A stretch of 40,000 nt of DNA, taken from Nostoc sp. MG11 (lineage in GTDB: Bacteria > Cyanobacteriota > Cyanobacteriia > Cyanobacteriales > Nostocaceae). Position numbers and translations under genes: made by a program. Within the stretch, counting starts at the first letter, position 1. Each line of letters starts with the position of its first letter. Under the pieces are notes generated by a model. That model ran no database searches. It saw only the letters and a list, made by a program, of their open reading frames with translations, and was not told the origin of the DNA. Location of the stretch: positions 237,405 through 277,404 of the forward strand of contig NZ_JACXXN010000003.1 of assembly GCF_014904695.1 (NCBI RefSeq), written 5' to 3'. This document shows positions 25,728-36,029 of this stretch, piece after piece.

Positions 25728-26274
25728 CGAAGATTGAAATGTTTAGCCCTGCCAAAGGTTATTCGGGGCTATACAGACAAAACCCATCTTCGTGGGTTTC
25801 AAATTCTTTGAGTCCGCGCAGGCGGACTTTGTTTGTGTAGCCGCGATTTCTAATCGCCAGGTATATTTGCAAAAGTGAGATGCTTCCCTTCCACACACCA
25901 ATAGAATAAAATATTTACTATGAGCTATAGCTATATTTAGAAACGTATGCATACATACAGACAGCAAATCCTAAAAGAAAATAAAGAAACTTGTTTTTTG
26001 CAGAGCTAAATAATAAGATAATAATAGTAATACGATATACAGAATATTGATTTTTAGCTTCATCTACCTCATATTTGAGTGCATCTGAGTACAGCTTAAT
26101 ATATTGCAAAATATCTTGCTTAAATGTTTTCAAAGTCTTACAGGTAAAGTTTCTTGTAGCGAGTACAGAAATTCTTAAACCCTATCCCAAAAATACTAGT
26201 ACCCCCATCATTAAACACTAGCACCCCTACCCCAAGACAAATTTTAAATTTATGTTAAGTCGGGGTTTGGGCGC

Positions 26275-26309
26275 TTGAGTACAACCTTAATCAATTCAAT
26301 AAATCCAAT
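26275..26309 (+). promoter_or_regulatory. cysE/nifP-proximal copy of the box shared with nifB
   Basis: TTGAGTACAACCTTAATCAATTCAATAAATCCAAT, ending 88 nt upstream of the cysE ATG. Confidence 0.45.
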
Positions 26310-26396
26310 CGACATTGGGTTTGCTGTCTAGTTGGAAGTCGCCTGCTATAAGCATAAAAATAGCACATGGCTCTTTTAACCAGATAGACAGTACCG

Positions 26397-27158
26397 ATGC
26401 AACAGTCCTTTGACAGTATCAGCGATCGCCAGACTATCAAAACGCAGGATTCTGCACATACATCCCTGCTGAAAAATCTCCTCTCTGGCGTTTTTTTTGA
26501 GCCATTATTGAGTGATTTTCGCATTATTTTTGAGCGCGATCCAGCAGCACGTAATTGGTTAGAAGTCGTGTTTTGCTACCCTGGATTCCACGCATTATGT
26601 TTGCATCGTCTCGCTCACTGGTTACACCGTCGAGGAGTGGGTTTCATCCCTCGCTTAATTTCTCATATCGGGCGGTTTTTGACAGGAATTGAAATTCACC
26701 CAGGTGCAGAGATTGGTAAAGGTGTGTTTATCGACCACGGGATGGGTGTTGTCATTGGTGAAACTGCGATCGTGGGAGACTATACACTGATTTACCAAGG
26801 CGTCACCCTTGGCGGGACTGGGAAAGAAAGCGGAAAGCGTCATCCCACCGTGGGTAAAAACGTTGTGATAGGCGCGGGTGCAAAGGTTTTAGGAAATATA
26901 CAAATTGGCGATCGCGTCCGTATTGGTGCTGGCTCAATTGTTTTACGCCAAGTCCCCAGCGATCGCACTGTTGTAGGGGTTCCGGGGCGGATTATTTCCC
27001 GCAATGACGCCAGTCTCAGTCCCCTAGAGCACGGAAAACTACCCGATTTAGAAGCAACTGTGATTAGCTCGTTGCTCTCGCGCATTGAGCAACTTGAACA
27101 ACAACTACAAACCTTAAGAGTCAAGAGTCAAGAGTCAAAAGTCAAAAGTCAAAATTAA
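26397..27158 (+). CDS. cysE: Serine O-acetyltransferase (nif-cluster CysE paralogue, NifP-like)
   Basis: 253 aa. Hexapeptide-repeat transferase with '[28 protein letters not shown]' and 'GKRHPTVG'. It heads the nifV-Z-T block, like alr1404 of PCC 7120 (from memory). Confidence 0.9.
   Translation: MQQSFDSISDRQTIKTQDSAHTSLLKNLLSGVFFEPLLSDFRIIFERDPAARNWLEVVFCYPGFHALCLHRLAHWLHRRGVGFIPRLISHIGRFLTGIEIHPGAEIGKGVFIDHGMGVVIGETAIVGDYTLIYQGVTLGGTGKESGKRHPTVGKNVVIGAGAKVLGNIQIGDRVRIGAGSIVLRQVPSDRTVVGVPGRIISRNDASLSPLEHGKLPDLEATVISSLLSRIEQLEQQLQTLRVKSQESKVKSQN
27116..27150. repeat. STRR heptamer tract (aagagtc x3, aaaagtc x2) forming the cysE C-terminal codons
   Basis: Translates in the cysE frame to '[12 protein letters not shown]'. 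Confidence 0.85.
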
Positions 27159-27228
27159 TTACTCTGGACTTTTGACCCTGAACTTTACCAGGCGTGAACC
27201 AAGAATTTTTGACAAAGGACAAACGACT

Positions 27229-27486
27229 ATGTTATCACCTTGTAGTTCTGACGCATCAGGCGATCAAGTTTTGCAGATTCCTTTGAGCGATCGCTGGCGA
27301 ATATATCACCGTTTGCAAGAGTTAATGATTAAAAGTTCCTGTCACCCCGATGGTTCTTTGCGAGTGCAAGTAAATAATTTGCAAGAAGCAATTCTGATAC
27401 GCAGTACAGTTATGCAATTTATTGCCGCTCGCCACGAATTAGTGGACTGGCTAGAGCGGTGCTGGAATTACAGTAATGAGTATTGA
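27229..27486 (+). CDS. Small conserved nif-associated protein (Asr1405/Asl0597-like)
   Basis: About 85 aa counted from the ATG at 27229. Its position right after cysE mirrors the PCC 7120 arrangement (recollection). The track ORF starts at a TTG at 27172. Confidence 0.55.
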   Translation: MLSPCSSDASGDQVLQIPLSDRWRIYHRLQELMIKSSCHPDGSLRVQVNNLQEAILIRSTVMQFIAARHELVDWLERCWNYSNEY

Positions 27487-27900
27487 GTGCTGAATAGAAC
27501 AGGAAAGATATTTTCTTCAGTATTTGGTAATGGCTAATCCATACACTATTACTCCCTTCACGCTCTAAAATTACCTATCTTTTCTTTCTCTGCGCCTCTG
27601 CGTGAGATAAAAAATATTTCCTTATTCTTCTACCAGGAAAGGAGTAAGACTTAATTCATCACGCAAGTATTATTCGTTTTCTTTACACAGATGCATGAAC
27701 GCCTAATAGATTTAGAAGTTGAAGTTACTGTCCGCTAGCAAATTTTGTTGCAGACTGATAGAGGTTAACCTAATTTTGGATTTTGTCTAGTCTACGAAAT
27801 CTGAAATTATCCTGACATATCCCGACAATTAAAAAGGCGAAATTACCAAGCAACACTTGGAATTTAAAATTTTTAATTCTTACCTAGCTCAATAATTTGA

Positions 27901-28107
27901 ATGTCCGATATGGCAACTCGTAACAGCGATATAAAATTCATTACTTTTTTGCACAATGAACTCGAACTTACAAAAGCTGATATTGCTGTGGCGCTGCGAC
28001 ACCGTGAGTTGAACAATGGGCCGTTACCAATGCTTCTTTGGCAGTATGGCCTAGTTGACTTAGAGCAACTAGGACGAATTTTTGATTGGTTAGCCGAACA
28101 AGTTTAG
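27901..28107 (+). CDS. DUF2949-like small cyanobacterial protein
   Basis: 68 aa. 'LPMLLWQYGLVDLEQLGRIFDWL' matches my memory of the DUF2949 signature. Confidence 0.55.
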   Translation: MSDMATRNSDIKFITFLHNELELTKADIAVALRHRELNNGPLPMLLWQYGLVDLEQLGRIFDWLAEQV

Positions 28108-28189
28108 CTAATTTGCACCCTTTAACTTTGAAGTGCATTTTCCTGGTTAAACTACACACCAATTATCTAGAAACTATGAGGTTACAACA

Positions 28190-28309
28190 ATGATTTCCAC
28201 TTTAATTGCTGGATTTGGTCTTTTGCTTTGTTCAGGACTTATTAATAGCTATATCAGCTGCTTGCTACTCGAACAAATTTCAACTGACAACAGTAAAAAG
28301 AATTCGTAA
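28190..28309 (+). CDS. Possible 39-aa hydrophobic micro-protein (below the ORF-track cutoff)
   Basis: ATG preceded by 'gagg' with 7 nt between it and the ATG. Translates to MISTLIAGFGLLLCSGLINSYISCLLLEQISTDNSKKNS, i.e. one predicted TM helix followed by a polar tail. Confidence 0.3.
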   Translation: MISTLIAGFGLLLCSGLINSYISCLLLEQISTDNSKKNS

Positions 28310-28479
28310 ATTATACCAGGTTTTGGTTCTTTGTCATACAGATGTGGTGTTCCCAATTCGATAATAATTAAGAATGAAGAATACTGCATTATGAGTTGTG
28401 ATATTTTTAGCATTTACCATCATTAGGAATTGTAGAGAGAAAGGATATTAGGAAACATTCCGAGAGAGGGAAGTTTGCA

Positions 28480-29613
28480 ATGAATCAAATCATAATTAAT
28501 GACACTACATTACGTGATGGCGAACAAGCAGCAGGTGTTGCCTTTAACTTACAAGAGAAAGTAGCGATCGCTAAGTTTCTTGACGCCATTGGTATTCCCG
28601 AATTAGAAGTCGGTATTCCGGCGATGGGTGAGGAAGAAATCCGCGCGATCTGTGCAATTTCTGACTTGGGTTTACAAGCTAAACTCCTAGGCTGGAACCG
28701 CGCTGTCATATCAGATATTAAGGCTTCCGTAGCCTGCGGTCTGAACCGAGTGCATATTGCCATTCCCGTCTCTGGTATCCAAATCGCCGCAAAATTTCAC
28801 GGTCAGTGGCGAGTAAGTTTGCAAAAACTCAAAGATTGTATCAGCTTCGCCGTCGATAAAGGTCTTTGGGTAGCAGTAGGGGGAGAAGATTCTTCTAGAG
28901 CTGATGAAAACTTCCTCTTAGATGTAGCACTTTATGCCCAAGAATGGGGTGCGTCACGGTTTCGCTTCTGCGATACTGTAGGAGTTCTTGACCCTTTCAC
29001 CACCTACACAAAAGTCAAGCGACTTGTATCAGCTTTGTTGGTACCCCTAGAAATTCACACCCACAATGATTTTGGTCTAGCAACTGCTAATGCTTTGGCT
29101 GGTATTAAAGCTGGAGCTTCATCTGTCAATACCACAGTTAACGGCTTGGGCGAAAGAGCTGGCAATGCAGCCTTAGAAGAAGTTGTCATGGCGATCAAAC
29201 GCATCTATGGCGTCGATTTGGGTATTGACACTCCCAGTTTGCTGGAATTATCTCAACTCGTTGCTTCAGCATCCGGTGCTGACGTACCACCTTGGAAAGC
29301 GATTGTTGGTGAAAATACCTTTGCTCACGAGTCTGGTATTCACGCTCATGGCGTAATGCAAAACCCCATCACTTACGAACCATTTGCGCCCGAAGAAGTA
29401 GGTTGGGAACGGCGTTTAGTAGTAGGTAAACATTCTGGTCGGCATTTAGTATCTAGCCTGCTACAACAGCATGGTATTTTCTTGAACCCACAAGAAACCC
29501 AGTCTGTTTTAGACGCAGTGCGTCATCAATCGATACAGAAAAAACGCAGCTTGACTACAGAAGAACTTTTGAATTTGGTACGAGAACAGAGGTATTCTCA
29601 TGCAACGCGATGA
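28480..29613 (+). CDS. nifV: Homocitrate synthase NifV
   Basis: 377 aa. '[17 protein letters not shown]' and '[16 protein letters not shown]' are hallmarks of the HMGL-like family. Followed by nifZ-nifT. Confidence 0.92.
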   Translation: MNQIIINDTTLRDGEQAAGVAFNLQEKVAIAKFLDAIGIPELEVGIPAMGEEEIRAICAISDLGLQAKLLGWNRAVISDIKASVACGLNRVHIAIPVSGIQIAAKFHGQWRVSLQKLKDCISFAVDKGLWVAVGGEDSSRADENFLLDVALYAQEWGASRFRFCDTVGVLDPFTTYTKVKRLVSALLVPLEIHTHNDFGLATANALAGIKAGASSVNTTVNGLGERAGNAALEEVVMAIKRIYGVDLGIDTPSLLELSQLVASASGADVPPWKAIVGENTFAHESGIHAHGVMQNPITYEPFAPEEVGWERRLVVGKHSGRHLVSSLLQQHGIFLNPQETQSVLDAVRHQSIQKKRSLTTEELLNLVREQRYSHATR

Positions 29614-29887
29614 ATTAGAGCTTAACTTACCACCCGCTTTTGAAATTGGTGAAAAAGTCAGAGTTCGCAAACTGCTAAAAAACGATGGTACGTTTCCTGG
29701 GAAAGAAGTCGGGCAAGTTTTAGCAAACAAGGGAGATATCGGCTACATAGCAAGTATTGGCACATATTTGCAGACTTCTTATATCTATGCCGTGCATTTT
29801 TTGGAAACAGGGTTCGTCGTCGGCTGCAAGAAAAAAGAACTAGAATCTGTTGAGGAATCTCATGAAAGTAATGTTACGGATGAATGA
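29600..29887 (+). CDS. nifZ: NifZ
   Basis: 95 aa. '[21 protein letters not shown]...GDIGYI' is the NifZ signature. Overlaps the nifV end. Confidence 0.85.
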   Translation: MQRDELELNLPPAFEIGEKVRVRKLLKNDGTFPGKEVGQVLANKGDIGYIASIGTYLQTSYIYAVHFLETGFVVGCKKKELESVEESHESNVTDE

Positions 29888-30065
29888 TGCCGGCAATTTA
29901 GTTGTCTACGTTGCTAAAAAAGACTTAGAGGAAGAAGTAGTTAAACAAACAGAAGGAAATGAGGGAAAAATTCTTACCTTAGCAAATGGCTGGGAATTAG
30001 AATTTCGTGATTTGCCAGATGCAGCAAATTTACCTCAAACTGTAGAAGCTAAACGCCTGGCATAA
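29862..30065 (+). CDS. nifT: NifT/FixU
   Basis: 67 aa counted from '[27 protein letters not shown]'. The track ORF starts at a TTG 12 nt further upstream. Confidence 0.85.
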   Translation: MKVMLRMNDAGNLVVYVAKKDLEEEVVKQTEGNEGKILTLANGWELEFRDLPDAANLPQTVEAKRLA

Positions 30066-30143
30066 AATCCTAATTCGACAGTAAAGAGAGAAGGTAAAAG
30101 ATAAAAAATAGATTTTTCCTTCTTTCTTTGGATGAGTGAAATT

Positions 30144-30172
30144 ACCCCATCAGAATGGGGTTTATTATTTTA
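30144..30172 (+). terminator. Likely intrinsic terminator of the nifV-Z-T transcript
   Basis: 7-bp stem accccat/atggggt with a 4-nt loop, followed by the T-rich 'ttattattttatatttt'. Confidence 0.6.
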
Positions 30173-30190
30173 TATTTTGAGTGACTGAAA

Positions 30191-30727
30191 ATGGGTGACA
30201 AATATCTGACTTTATCGGAATTGAATGTTGAGGGACAGTTACTAGGTTTTGTTGGTGATGAACCAGGAAAATATAAATACTTACAATTAGCAGTTCCATC
30301 TGGAAGTGTGCAAGTTAAACTTCCTAAAGAGTTACGCCGTTCTTTGACATCGTTAGTACCTGGTGAGCAAATTCGCGTTTGTGGTCATAGTAAATTAAAT
30401 CCACACACAGGTAAAATTAAACTCAAAGCTTATCGGGTAACATCAATGGGTGTTTGTCCAGTTCCAGATCTGCCACCTCAACCCAAAGCCAGGATTATGG
30501 TATGTCAAAAGTCTGGTTGTATGAAGCGTGGTGGCAAAGGGTTATTATCAGAATTGGAAAAAACCTTGTGCGATCGCGGTTTGTTAGATAAAGTCAAAAT
30601 TGAACACACAGGCTGCCAAAAATGCTGCGGTAGCGCCCCTAATTGTGTTTTGCAGCTTGGTAAAAAGAAATACAAAAATATTCATCCAGACGCGATCGCA
30701 TCTTTGCTAGAAAAACACTTAACTTAA
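30191..30727 (+). CDS. Thioredoxin-like [2Fe-2S] ferredoxin-domain protein
   Basis: 178 aa. The C-terminal half, 'VCQKSGCMKRGG...HTGCQKCCGSAPNC', matches the thioredoxin-like ferredoxin Cys pattern. Confidence 0.75.
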   Translation: MGDKYLTLSELNVEGQLLGFVGDEPGKYKYLQLAVPSGSVQVKLPKELRRSLTSLVPGEQIRVCGHSKLNPHTGKIKLKAYRVTSMGVCPVPDLPPQPKARIMVCQKSGCMKRGGKGLLSELEKTLCDRGLLDKVKIEHTGCQKCCGSAPNCVLQLGKKKYKNIHPDAIASLLEKHLT

Positions 30728-30845
30728 GTTGCAAAGATATTTGTAAGTTAATTTTACAGGTGGAAAAGGTTAGCTCCTATTCCACCTATTTATTTTTAGT
30801 GTAAAACGTTAAGATGCAAATAACTCTGCATGTCCTGTATTTGTT

Positions 30846-31457
30846 ATGAGCCTAACCACTGCTAAACGCTTCACCATAGCTGAATATCACCGGATGGCAG
30901 AACTCGGCTTCTTTAAGGAGGATGATCGAGTTGAGCTAATTAAGGGTGAAATTTTCTACATGGCAGTAAAAGGTACACCACATTCAGTTTGTGAAACACG
31001 CCTAGAGCGAGAATTATATAAGTTAGTAGGCGATCGTGCAACCCTGCGAGGACAACAACCAATTACTTTGTCTAACTACAGTGAGCCTGAACCAGATAGA
31101 GTAATTGCAAAAAATAGAGATGATGACTATCTAACAAATCATCCCAGCCCATCTGACGTATTACTTTTAATAGAGATTGCTGATTCCTTCTTTAAATATG
31201 ACCAAGAGGTAAAATTACTGCTTTATGCAGAAGCGAATATTTCTAATTATTGGATATTTAATTTAGTAGATAATTCTTTGGGATGCTATAGCGAGCCTTA
31301 TCAATATTTGCAGGGTAAATTTGGTTATCGCCGCAAGTTAATTTATTTGCCAAATGAATCAGTTAATCTGCCATATTTTCCTGATTTAGTTCTCGATTTA
31401 TCTAAAGTTTTTCCAGGAGATGTCAGAGGCGATCGCTTAAGTAAACCTAGCACATAA
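30846..31457 (+). CDS. Uma2-family (DUF820) putative endonuclease
   Basis: 203 aa. 'FTIAEYHRMAELGFF...RVELIKGEI' and 'EPEPD...IEIADS' fit the Uma2 PD-(D/E)xK-like pattern. Confidence 0.8.
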   Translation: MSLTTAKRFTIAEYHRMAELGFFKEDDRVELIKGEIFYMAVKGTPHSVCETRLERELYKLVGDRATLRGQQPITLSNYSEPEPDRVIAKNRDDDYLTNHPSPSDVLLLIEIADSFFKYDQEVKLLLYAEANISNYWIFNLVDNSLGCYSEPYQYLQGKFGYRRKLIYLPNESVNLPYFPDLVLDLSKVFPGDVRGDRLSKPST

Positions 31458-31665
31458 TTCATCAAAAAATCAGGGTTTTTATTCTGTCGCTTACTTCCCC
31501 TAATATGTTACATACCCTGCGATAAACAAGCTATGTGCAGCGTCTCGCTCCACAAGAAAGAATCTCATAGATGTTTCGCTAACCTTTGGGAACGCTTTCA
31601 GCGATCGCTCAACATGAGATTTGAAATATTTAGGCAATAGTTCTAATGCTTAATTGCATTTACCT

Positions 31666-32571
31666 TTAGGATTTCTCTATCCAATTATCAATGAAATTTG
31701 TGAGTTCTGAACTTTCATCTTTAAACTTTCTTGCAAACAGCAATTCGCCACTTCCATAGATATTCTCTTCCTCAATTTTATCCATTTTATTCAAAGTCTC
31801 CAGCTGTTCCATGTTGATAAATTCTGGATGTTCAACACCTTGCCATTGAGTAAATGTCAAATTTTTCGCAACTTTTTCTCTAAATTTTGAATTACCTATA
31901 ATTGTCTGAAAAAATATTTCATCAGGTGTCAATGTGTTTTGGAAAAACTTCACTATTTTAGGATTTGTTTCGACGAACGATAAGATGTAGTGACATGCAT
32001 CTGCTGACAATGCCCACCATTGACTTCCTGCATATGGTTTTAGATTTCCTAGAGCTTTTTTGTAATCGCGTTTCCTAGGTATAATATTGTTGATTACAGC
32101 AGCAAAAATTCGCATTATTATACGGTAAAGGCTGTGATTGTATAGTGTCTGCGGTTGGTACTTATAAAGTCTATCTAGAAGCTTACTTACTTCTTGATTG
32201 GGCATCTCGACTAAATTGATAAACTCTGTTCCAACCTTTTGAGAAAAATAGTCGTTTATGTAGCTTGCACTTTTTAAAGGATAATCACTTCCACTAATTA
32301 AAATTAGGTAGTCAAATCTATGTTGACTGTTTAAGGCTTCTCGAATCAAATTTATAGTAGCTTCAATTGTAGAAAATTCACCCCAATAAACAGATACTCT
32401 GTCTCGAAGAAATGTAACATTTTGATGATTGATTTTTTCTTTAAAAAGCGATTCGTCACTCTTGCTATCTATATGTATAAAAAACTGAGTGTCAGTACTA
32501 TTAAGAGCATTAATCAATTTGCACAAATGATTAGGAGTATTATGTGCTAATACTAAATACGCTAAATTCAT
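31666..32571 (-). CDS. GT14 (core-2/I-branching type) beta-1,6-N-acetylglucosaminyltransferase-like glycosyltransferase
   Basis: 'MNLAYLVLAHNTPNHLCKLINAL...FFIHIDSKS...WGEFS...ISGSDYPLKS' is typical of the Branch family. Markedly AT-rich. I prefer the ATG at 32571. Confidence 0.75.
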   Translation of the reverse strand: MNLAYLVLAHNTPNHLCKLINALNSTDTQFFIHIDSKSDESLFKEKINHQNVTFLRDRVSVYWGEFSTIEATINLIREALNSQHRFDYLILISGSDYPLKSASYINDYFSQKVGTEFINLVEMPNQEVSKLLDRLYKYQPQTLYNHSLYRIIMRIFAAVINNIIPRKRDYKKALGNLKPYAGSQWWALSADACHYILSFVETNPKIVKFFQNTLTPDEIFFQTIIGNSKFREKVAKNLTFTQWQGVEHPEFINMEQLETLNKMDKIEEENIYGSGELLFARKFKDESSELTNFIDNWIEKS

Positions 32572-32749
32572 AATATTCCCTAATAATAAGATTCCTATTA
32601 AACCATTCACAAAAGCATAGCAATCATCCTTAAGAAATATATCCAAAGTGTGACTGCTATATAATCCTTATAGCTGTTAACTTGTCTATATTCTAATTAT
32701 GATTGCTGTACTAATATCACTACCATTATATTGTTTTATTTTCTCCCAC

Positions 32750-34138
32750 CTAAATCAAACTCTCCATTGTCTGTTGTAAATCATTCGTCAATTGGGCAAC
32801 AGCTTGCTTCGCACCCAAGCGATTTTCCTTATACACCGGGTAACGCTCAGAAACAGATATCGGCTCACCTACAGTTATCTTAACTTGCTGCTTACCCAAT
32901 TGCGGACGCCGTAAAGCTTTAGCACCCTTGATCCGAGTAATCATCTGCCATAATATTAAAGTTGTCTCAGCAAACCTTTCTACTGTCGGTTTTTCTCGGA
33001 TATAGTTACCGGAAACTGCGACAAAACTTTCTACTAAGCGCATGTGCCACATCCGCGCATTTGCTTCTTCAGCAACGCGATCGCCTAAAGCGCGTTCTAT
33101 AGAAGATAATGCTTTTATATCCTTAAATTCTTCTCTAAATATATAATTCCAACCAGCTTGCTCTACCCGCCGACAGCGGTCATTTAAATTGCCTCTTGGC
33201 TGCAAGTCAAAATACTGCTCTGATATTAGTAGCGCCGCATTCAACAAAGCTTGCAAACGATGTGCTAGTGCTTCATTTCTATCTTGAATTTCCCCAGTTA
33301 CAATCTTGGCATCTGGCAGTTTTTGATGATAAAACCGCGTGTAAAATTGTTCCATTAGCGAAAGTAAATGTTCTGCCAAAGTCAATAATCGGGGATAAAG
33401 CGACTCTATAGAAGCAACATTACCTTGTGCTGGTGGATTCACAGGTAAACCACTGGCCGCTTCCAATTCACTTAAAAGCTGAGCGATCGCTTCCCAAGGA
33501 GCATCAACGTAACTATACTTAATCCCAACTGGTACAATTAAAACCTGCTGGTCGCGTCCGGCTTTGTGCAAGTCTTCAGCACACCAAAAGCCTAATTGGG
33601 CGATACCAGGTTCCAAGGGGCTGATAATCTCCGATAGACCATTAGTAGCACCTTCTGGCGCAGCAGCCATCGGGAATTTCCCATTGGTAAACAAATCACG
33701 CGCCGAACGCAACCCCGTCCAGTCAGCCTTACCCCGCTGAATTGGCGTACCACCCAAACGAGAAGCAATCCAACCAACATGGGAACCTGCCCATAGAGGA
33801 ATGCCGCGATCGTAGATAAAATGAGCATGAATCGGAAGTTGTAGCGCTGTCCCCTGTCGTGCTACCTTTGGCACGAGTTGAGAAAGCAAGTAGCTCAAAC
33901 AAAATGGATCGTCAGTTTTGGGATGGCGAAATGCCAACATAAAACGGATCTTACCCTCCTGAAACTGGCGATAGAGATCAACTAAAACCTCTACATTGTC
34001 TGCTTCAATTTGGGTAATAGCTGTTTGCCAGTTTATCCAACTGGGTAGTAACAGATGGACTACTTTTAATACCCAGGGGTTAAACGCCGGAGGAATAAAT
34101 TCTAAGGGTGCTTGTGCTTGATAAATCACATCTGACAA
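32750..34138 (-). CDS. PlsC-superfamily acyltransferase (glycerolipid acyltransferase-like)
   Basis: 462 aa. HX4D block 'FRHPKTDDP' and 'APEGATNG' block. TTG start. Confidence 0.65.
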   Translation of the reverse strand: MSDVIYQAQAPLEFIPPAFNPWVLKVVHLLLPSWINWQTAITQIEADNVEVLVDLYRQFQEGKIRFMLAFRHPKTDDPFCLSYLLSQLVPKVARQGTALQLPIHAHFIYDRGIPLWAGSHVGWIASRLGGTPIQRGKADWTGLRSARDLFTNGKFPMAAAPEGATNGLSEIISPLEPGIAQLGFWCAEDLHKAGRDQQVLIVPVGIKYSYVDAPWEAIAQLLSELEAASGLPVNPPAQGNVASIESLYPRLLTLAEHLLSLMEQFYTRFYHQKLPDAKIVTGEIQDRNEALAHRLQALLNAALLISEQYFDLQPRGNLNDRCRRVEQAGWNYIFREEFKDIKALSSIERALGDRVAEEANARMWHMRLVESFVAVSGNYIREKPTVERFAETTLILWQMITRIKGAKALRRPQLGKQQVKITVGEPISVSERYPVYKENRLGAKQAVAQLTNDLQQTMESLI

Positions 34139-34220
34139 AGTAGTTTTCTCCTAAAGTTGCGATTAGAAATTTTAGACTAACCGATTTTAGAAATTAGCGA
34201 TTCTGGAAAGGGAATAAACG

Positions 34221-36029
34221 ATGCGACTGTCACAAATGTTATTCGTTACACTGCGGGATGATCCATCTGATGCTGAGATTCCCAGTCATAAATTATTACT
34301 CCGTGCAGGTTATATTCGTCGCATTGGTAGCGGTATTTATGCTTATTTACCATTGATGTGGCGGGTACTGCAAAAAGTTTCTCAGATTGTGCGGGAAGAA
34401 ATGAACGCTACAGGCGCACAAGAGTGTCTCCTACCGCAATTACAACCCGCTGACTTATGGAAAGAATCGGAACGCTGGGACACCTACACGAAAGCTGAGG
34501 GGATCATGTTTTCCCTGATTGATCGCCGTGAGCAACAATTAGGATTAGGCCCAACTCATGAGGAAGTGATCACAGCGATCGCTCGTGATATGATTCGCTC
34601 TTATCGTCAGCTACCATTGCATCTCTACCAAATTCAAACCAAATTCCGCGATGAAATTCGTCCCCGTTTTGGTTTGATGCGCGGCAGAGAATTTATCATG
34701 AAAGACGGCTACTCTTTTCATGTCGATGAAGCCAGCCTTAAAGAAACTTACCAAGATATGTACAAAGCCTATAGCAACATGCTACGGCGTTCTGGTTTAG
34801 CTTTTCGAGCGGTAGAAGCTGATTCTGGTGCAATTGGTGGTTCTGGTTCTACAGAATTTATGGTGTTGGCGGAAGCTGGAGAAGATGAGGTTTTATTCAC
34901 CGAAGATGGCAAATACGCCGCCAATGTGGAGAAAGCTGTTTCGTTACCAGTTAATGCCGAACCCTCACGGTTTACAACCTATGAAAAACGCGATACACCT
35001 AGATCAGAAACGATTGAAAAGGTGTGTCAATTCCTCAATTGTTCTCCCACCCAAATTGTGAAAAACGTCCTTTACCAGACAGTTTATGACAATGGTATGA
35101 CGGTGTTGGTTCTGGTGATTATCCGAGGCGATCAAGAAGTTAATGAGGTCAAATTACAGAATGAATTGACCAAACTAGCTTCTAATTACGGTGCTAAAAC
35201 TATCATTAGTTTGAATGTACCAAATGCGGAAGCGCAGCAAACATGGACAGCTAAATCTCTACCATTAGGCTATATCGCACCTGACATCGCAGATGATTAT
35301 ATAACTAAGAATAAACAAATCCATCCTCAGTTTGTGCGCTTGGTGGATCAAACAGCCGTTGATTTAAAAAATTTCGTCACAGGCGCGAATGAAACTGGCT
35401 ATCACGTCGTGGGTGCTAATTGGAATGAGCAATTTCAATTACCACATACTATCGTAGATATACGTAAAGCTAGACCAGGCGATCGCGCGATCCACAACCC
35501 AGAACAAACCTTACAAAGCGCTCGTGGGATCGAAGCAGGTCACATCTTCCAATTGGGTACTAAATATTCTCAAGCAATGGGTGCAACTTATACTAGTGAA
35601 CAGGGTGAAGAAAAGCTGCTATTTATGGGTTGTTTTGGTATAGGTGTGTCACGACTGGCACAAGCTGCTGTAGAGCAATCTTACGATAAAGATGGGATTA
35701 TTTGGCCGGTAGCGATCGCACCCTATCACGCAATAGTCACAATTCCTAACATTAATGATGCTCAACAAGTCGAAATTGCCCAAAAACTCTACGCAGAACT
35801 TAACCAAGCGGGAATTGAAACCCTGTTAGATGACCGGGATGAACGGGCTGGAGTGAAATTCAAAGATGCCGACTTAATTGGCATACCTTACAGGATTGTA
35901 ACTGGACGAGCGATCGCCAACGGCAAAGTCGAAGTTGTAGAAAGAGCAACTCGTAAATCTCAAGAAATTGCCATTGATGAAGTTACAACTACACTCAAAC
36001 ACTGGATTAAAGCTGCAATAGAGCAATAG
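34221..36029 (+). CDS. proS: Prolyl-tRNA synthetase
   Basis: 602 aa. Bacterial-type ProRS with an editing insertion, '[21 protein letters not shown]' and a C-terminal anticodon-binding domain. Confidence 0.97.
   Translation: MRLSQMLFVTLRDDPSDAEIPSHKLLLRAGYIRRIGSGIYAYLPLMWRVLQKVSQIVREEMNATGAQECLLPQLQPADLWKESERWDTYTKAEGIMFSLIDRREQQLGLGPTHEEVITAIARDMIRSYRQLPLHLYQIQTKFRDEIRPRFGLMRGREFIMKDGYSFHVDEASLKETYQDMYKAYSNMLRRSGLAFRAVEADSGAIGGSGSTEFMVLAEAGEDEVLFTEDGKYAANVEKAVSLPVNAEPSRFTTYEKRDTPRSETIEKVCQFLNCSPTQIVKNVLYQTVYDNGMTVLVLVIIRGDQEVNEVKLQNELTKLASNYGAKTIISLNVPNAEAQQTWTAKSLPLGYIAPDIADDYITKNKQIHPQFVRLVDQTAVDLKNFVTGANETGYHVVGANWNEQFQLPHTIVDIRKARPGDRAIHNPEQTLQSARGIEAGHIFQLGTKYSQAMGATYTSEQGEEKLLFMGCFGIGVSRLAQAAVEQSYDKDGIIWPVAIAPYHAIVTIPNINDAQQVEIAQKLYAELNQAGIETLLDDRDERAGVKFKDADLIGIPYRIVTGRAIANGKVEVVERATRKSQEIAIDEVTTTLKHWIKAAIEQ

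Noticed and set aside
25456-25811. ORFs on both strands (99 aa minus, 83 aa plus) across the 42-bp tandem array, and the possibility that the array is a CRISPR
   Set aside because: The 42-bp period keeps all frames open, so the peptides are pure repeat artefacts with no RBS or plausible termini. The repeats abut directly without spacers, so this is not a CRISPR array.
25918-26133. 71-aa minus-strand ORF with a possible two-TM C-terminus in AT-rich DNA
   Set aside because: It has a TTG start only, no SD sequence, extreme AT-richness, and a Tyr/Ser/Lys-rich low-complexity sequence. I cannot distinguish it from a chance ORF. It would be worth a quick conservation check, but I do not call it.
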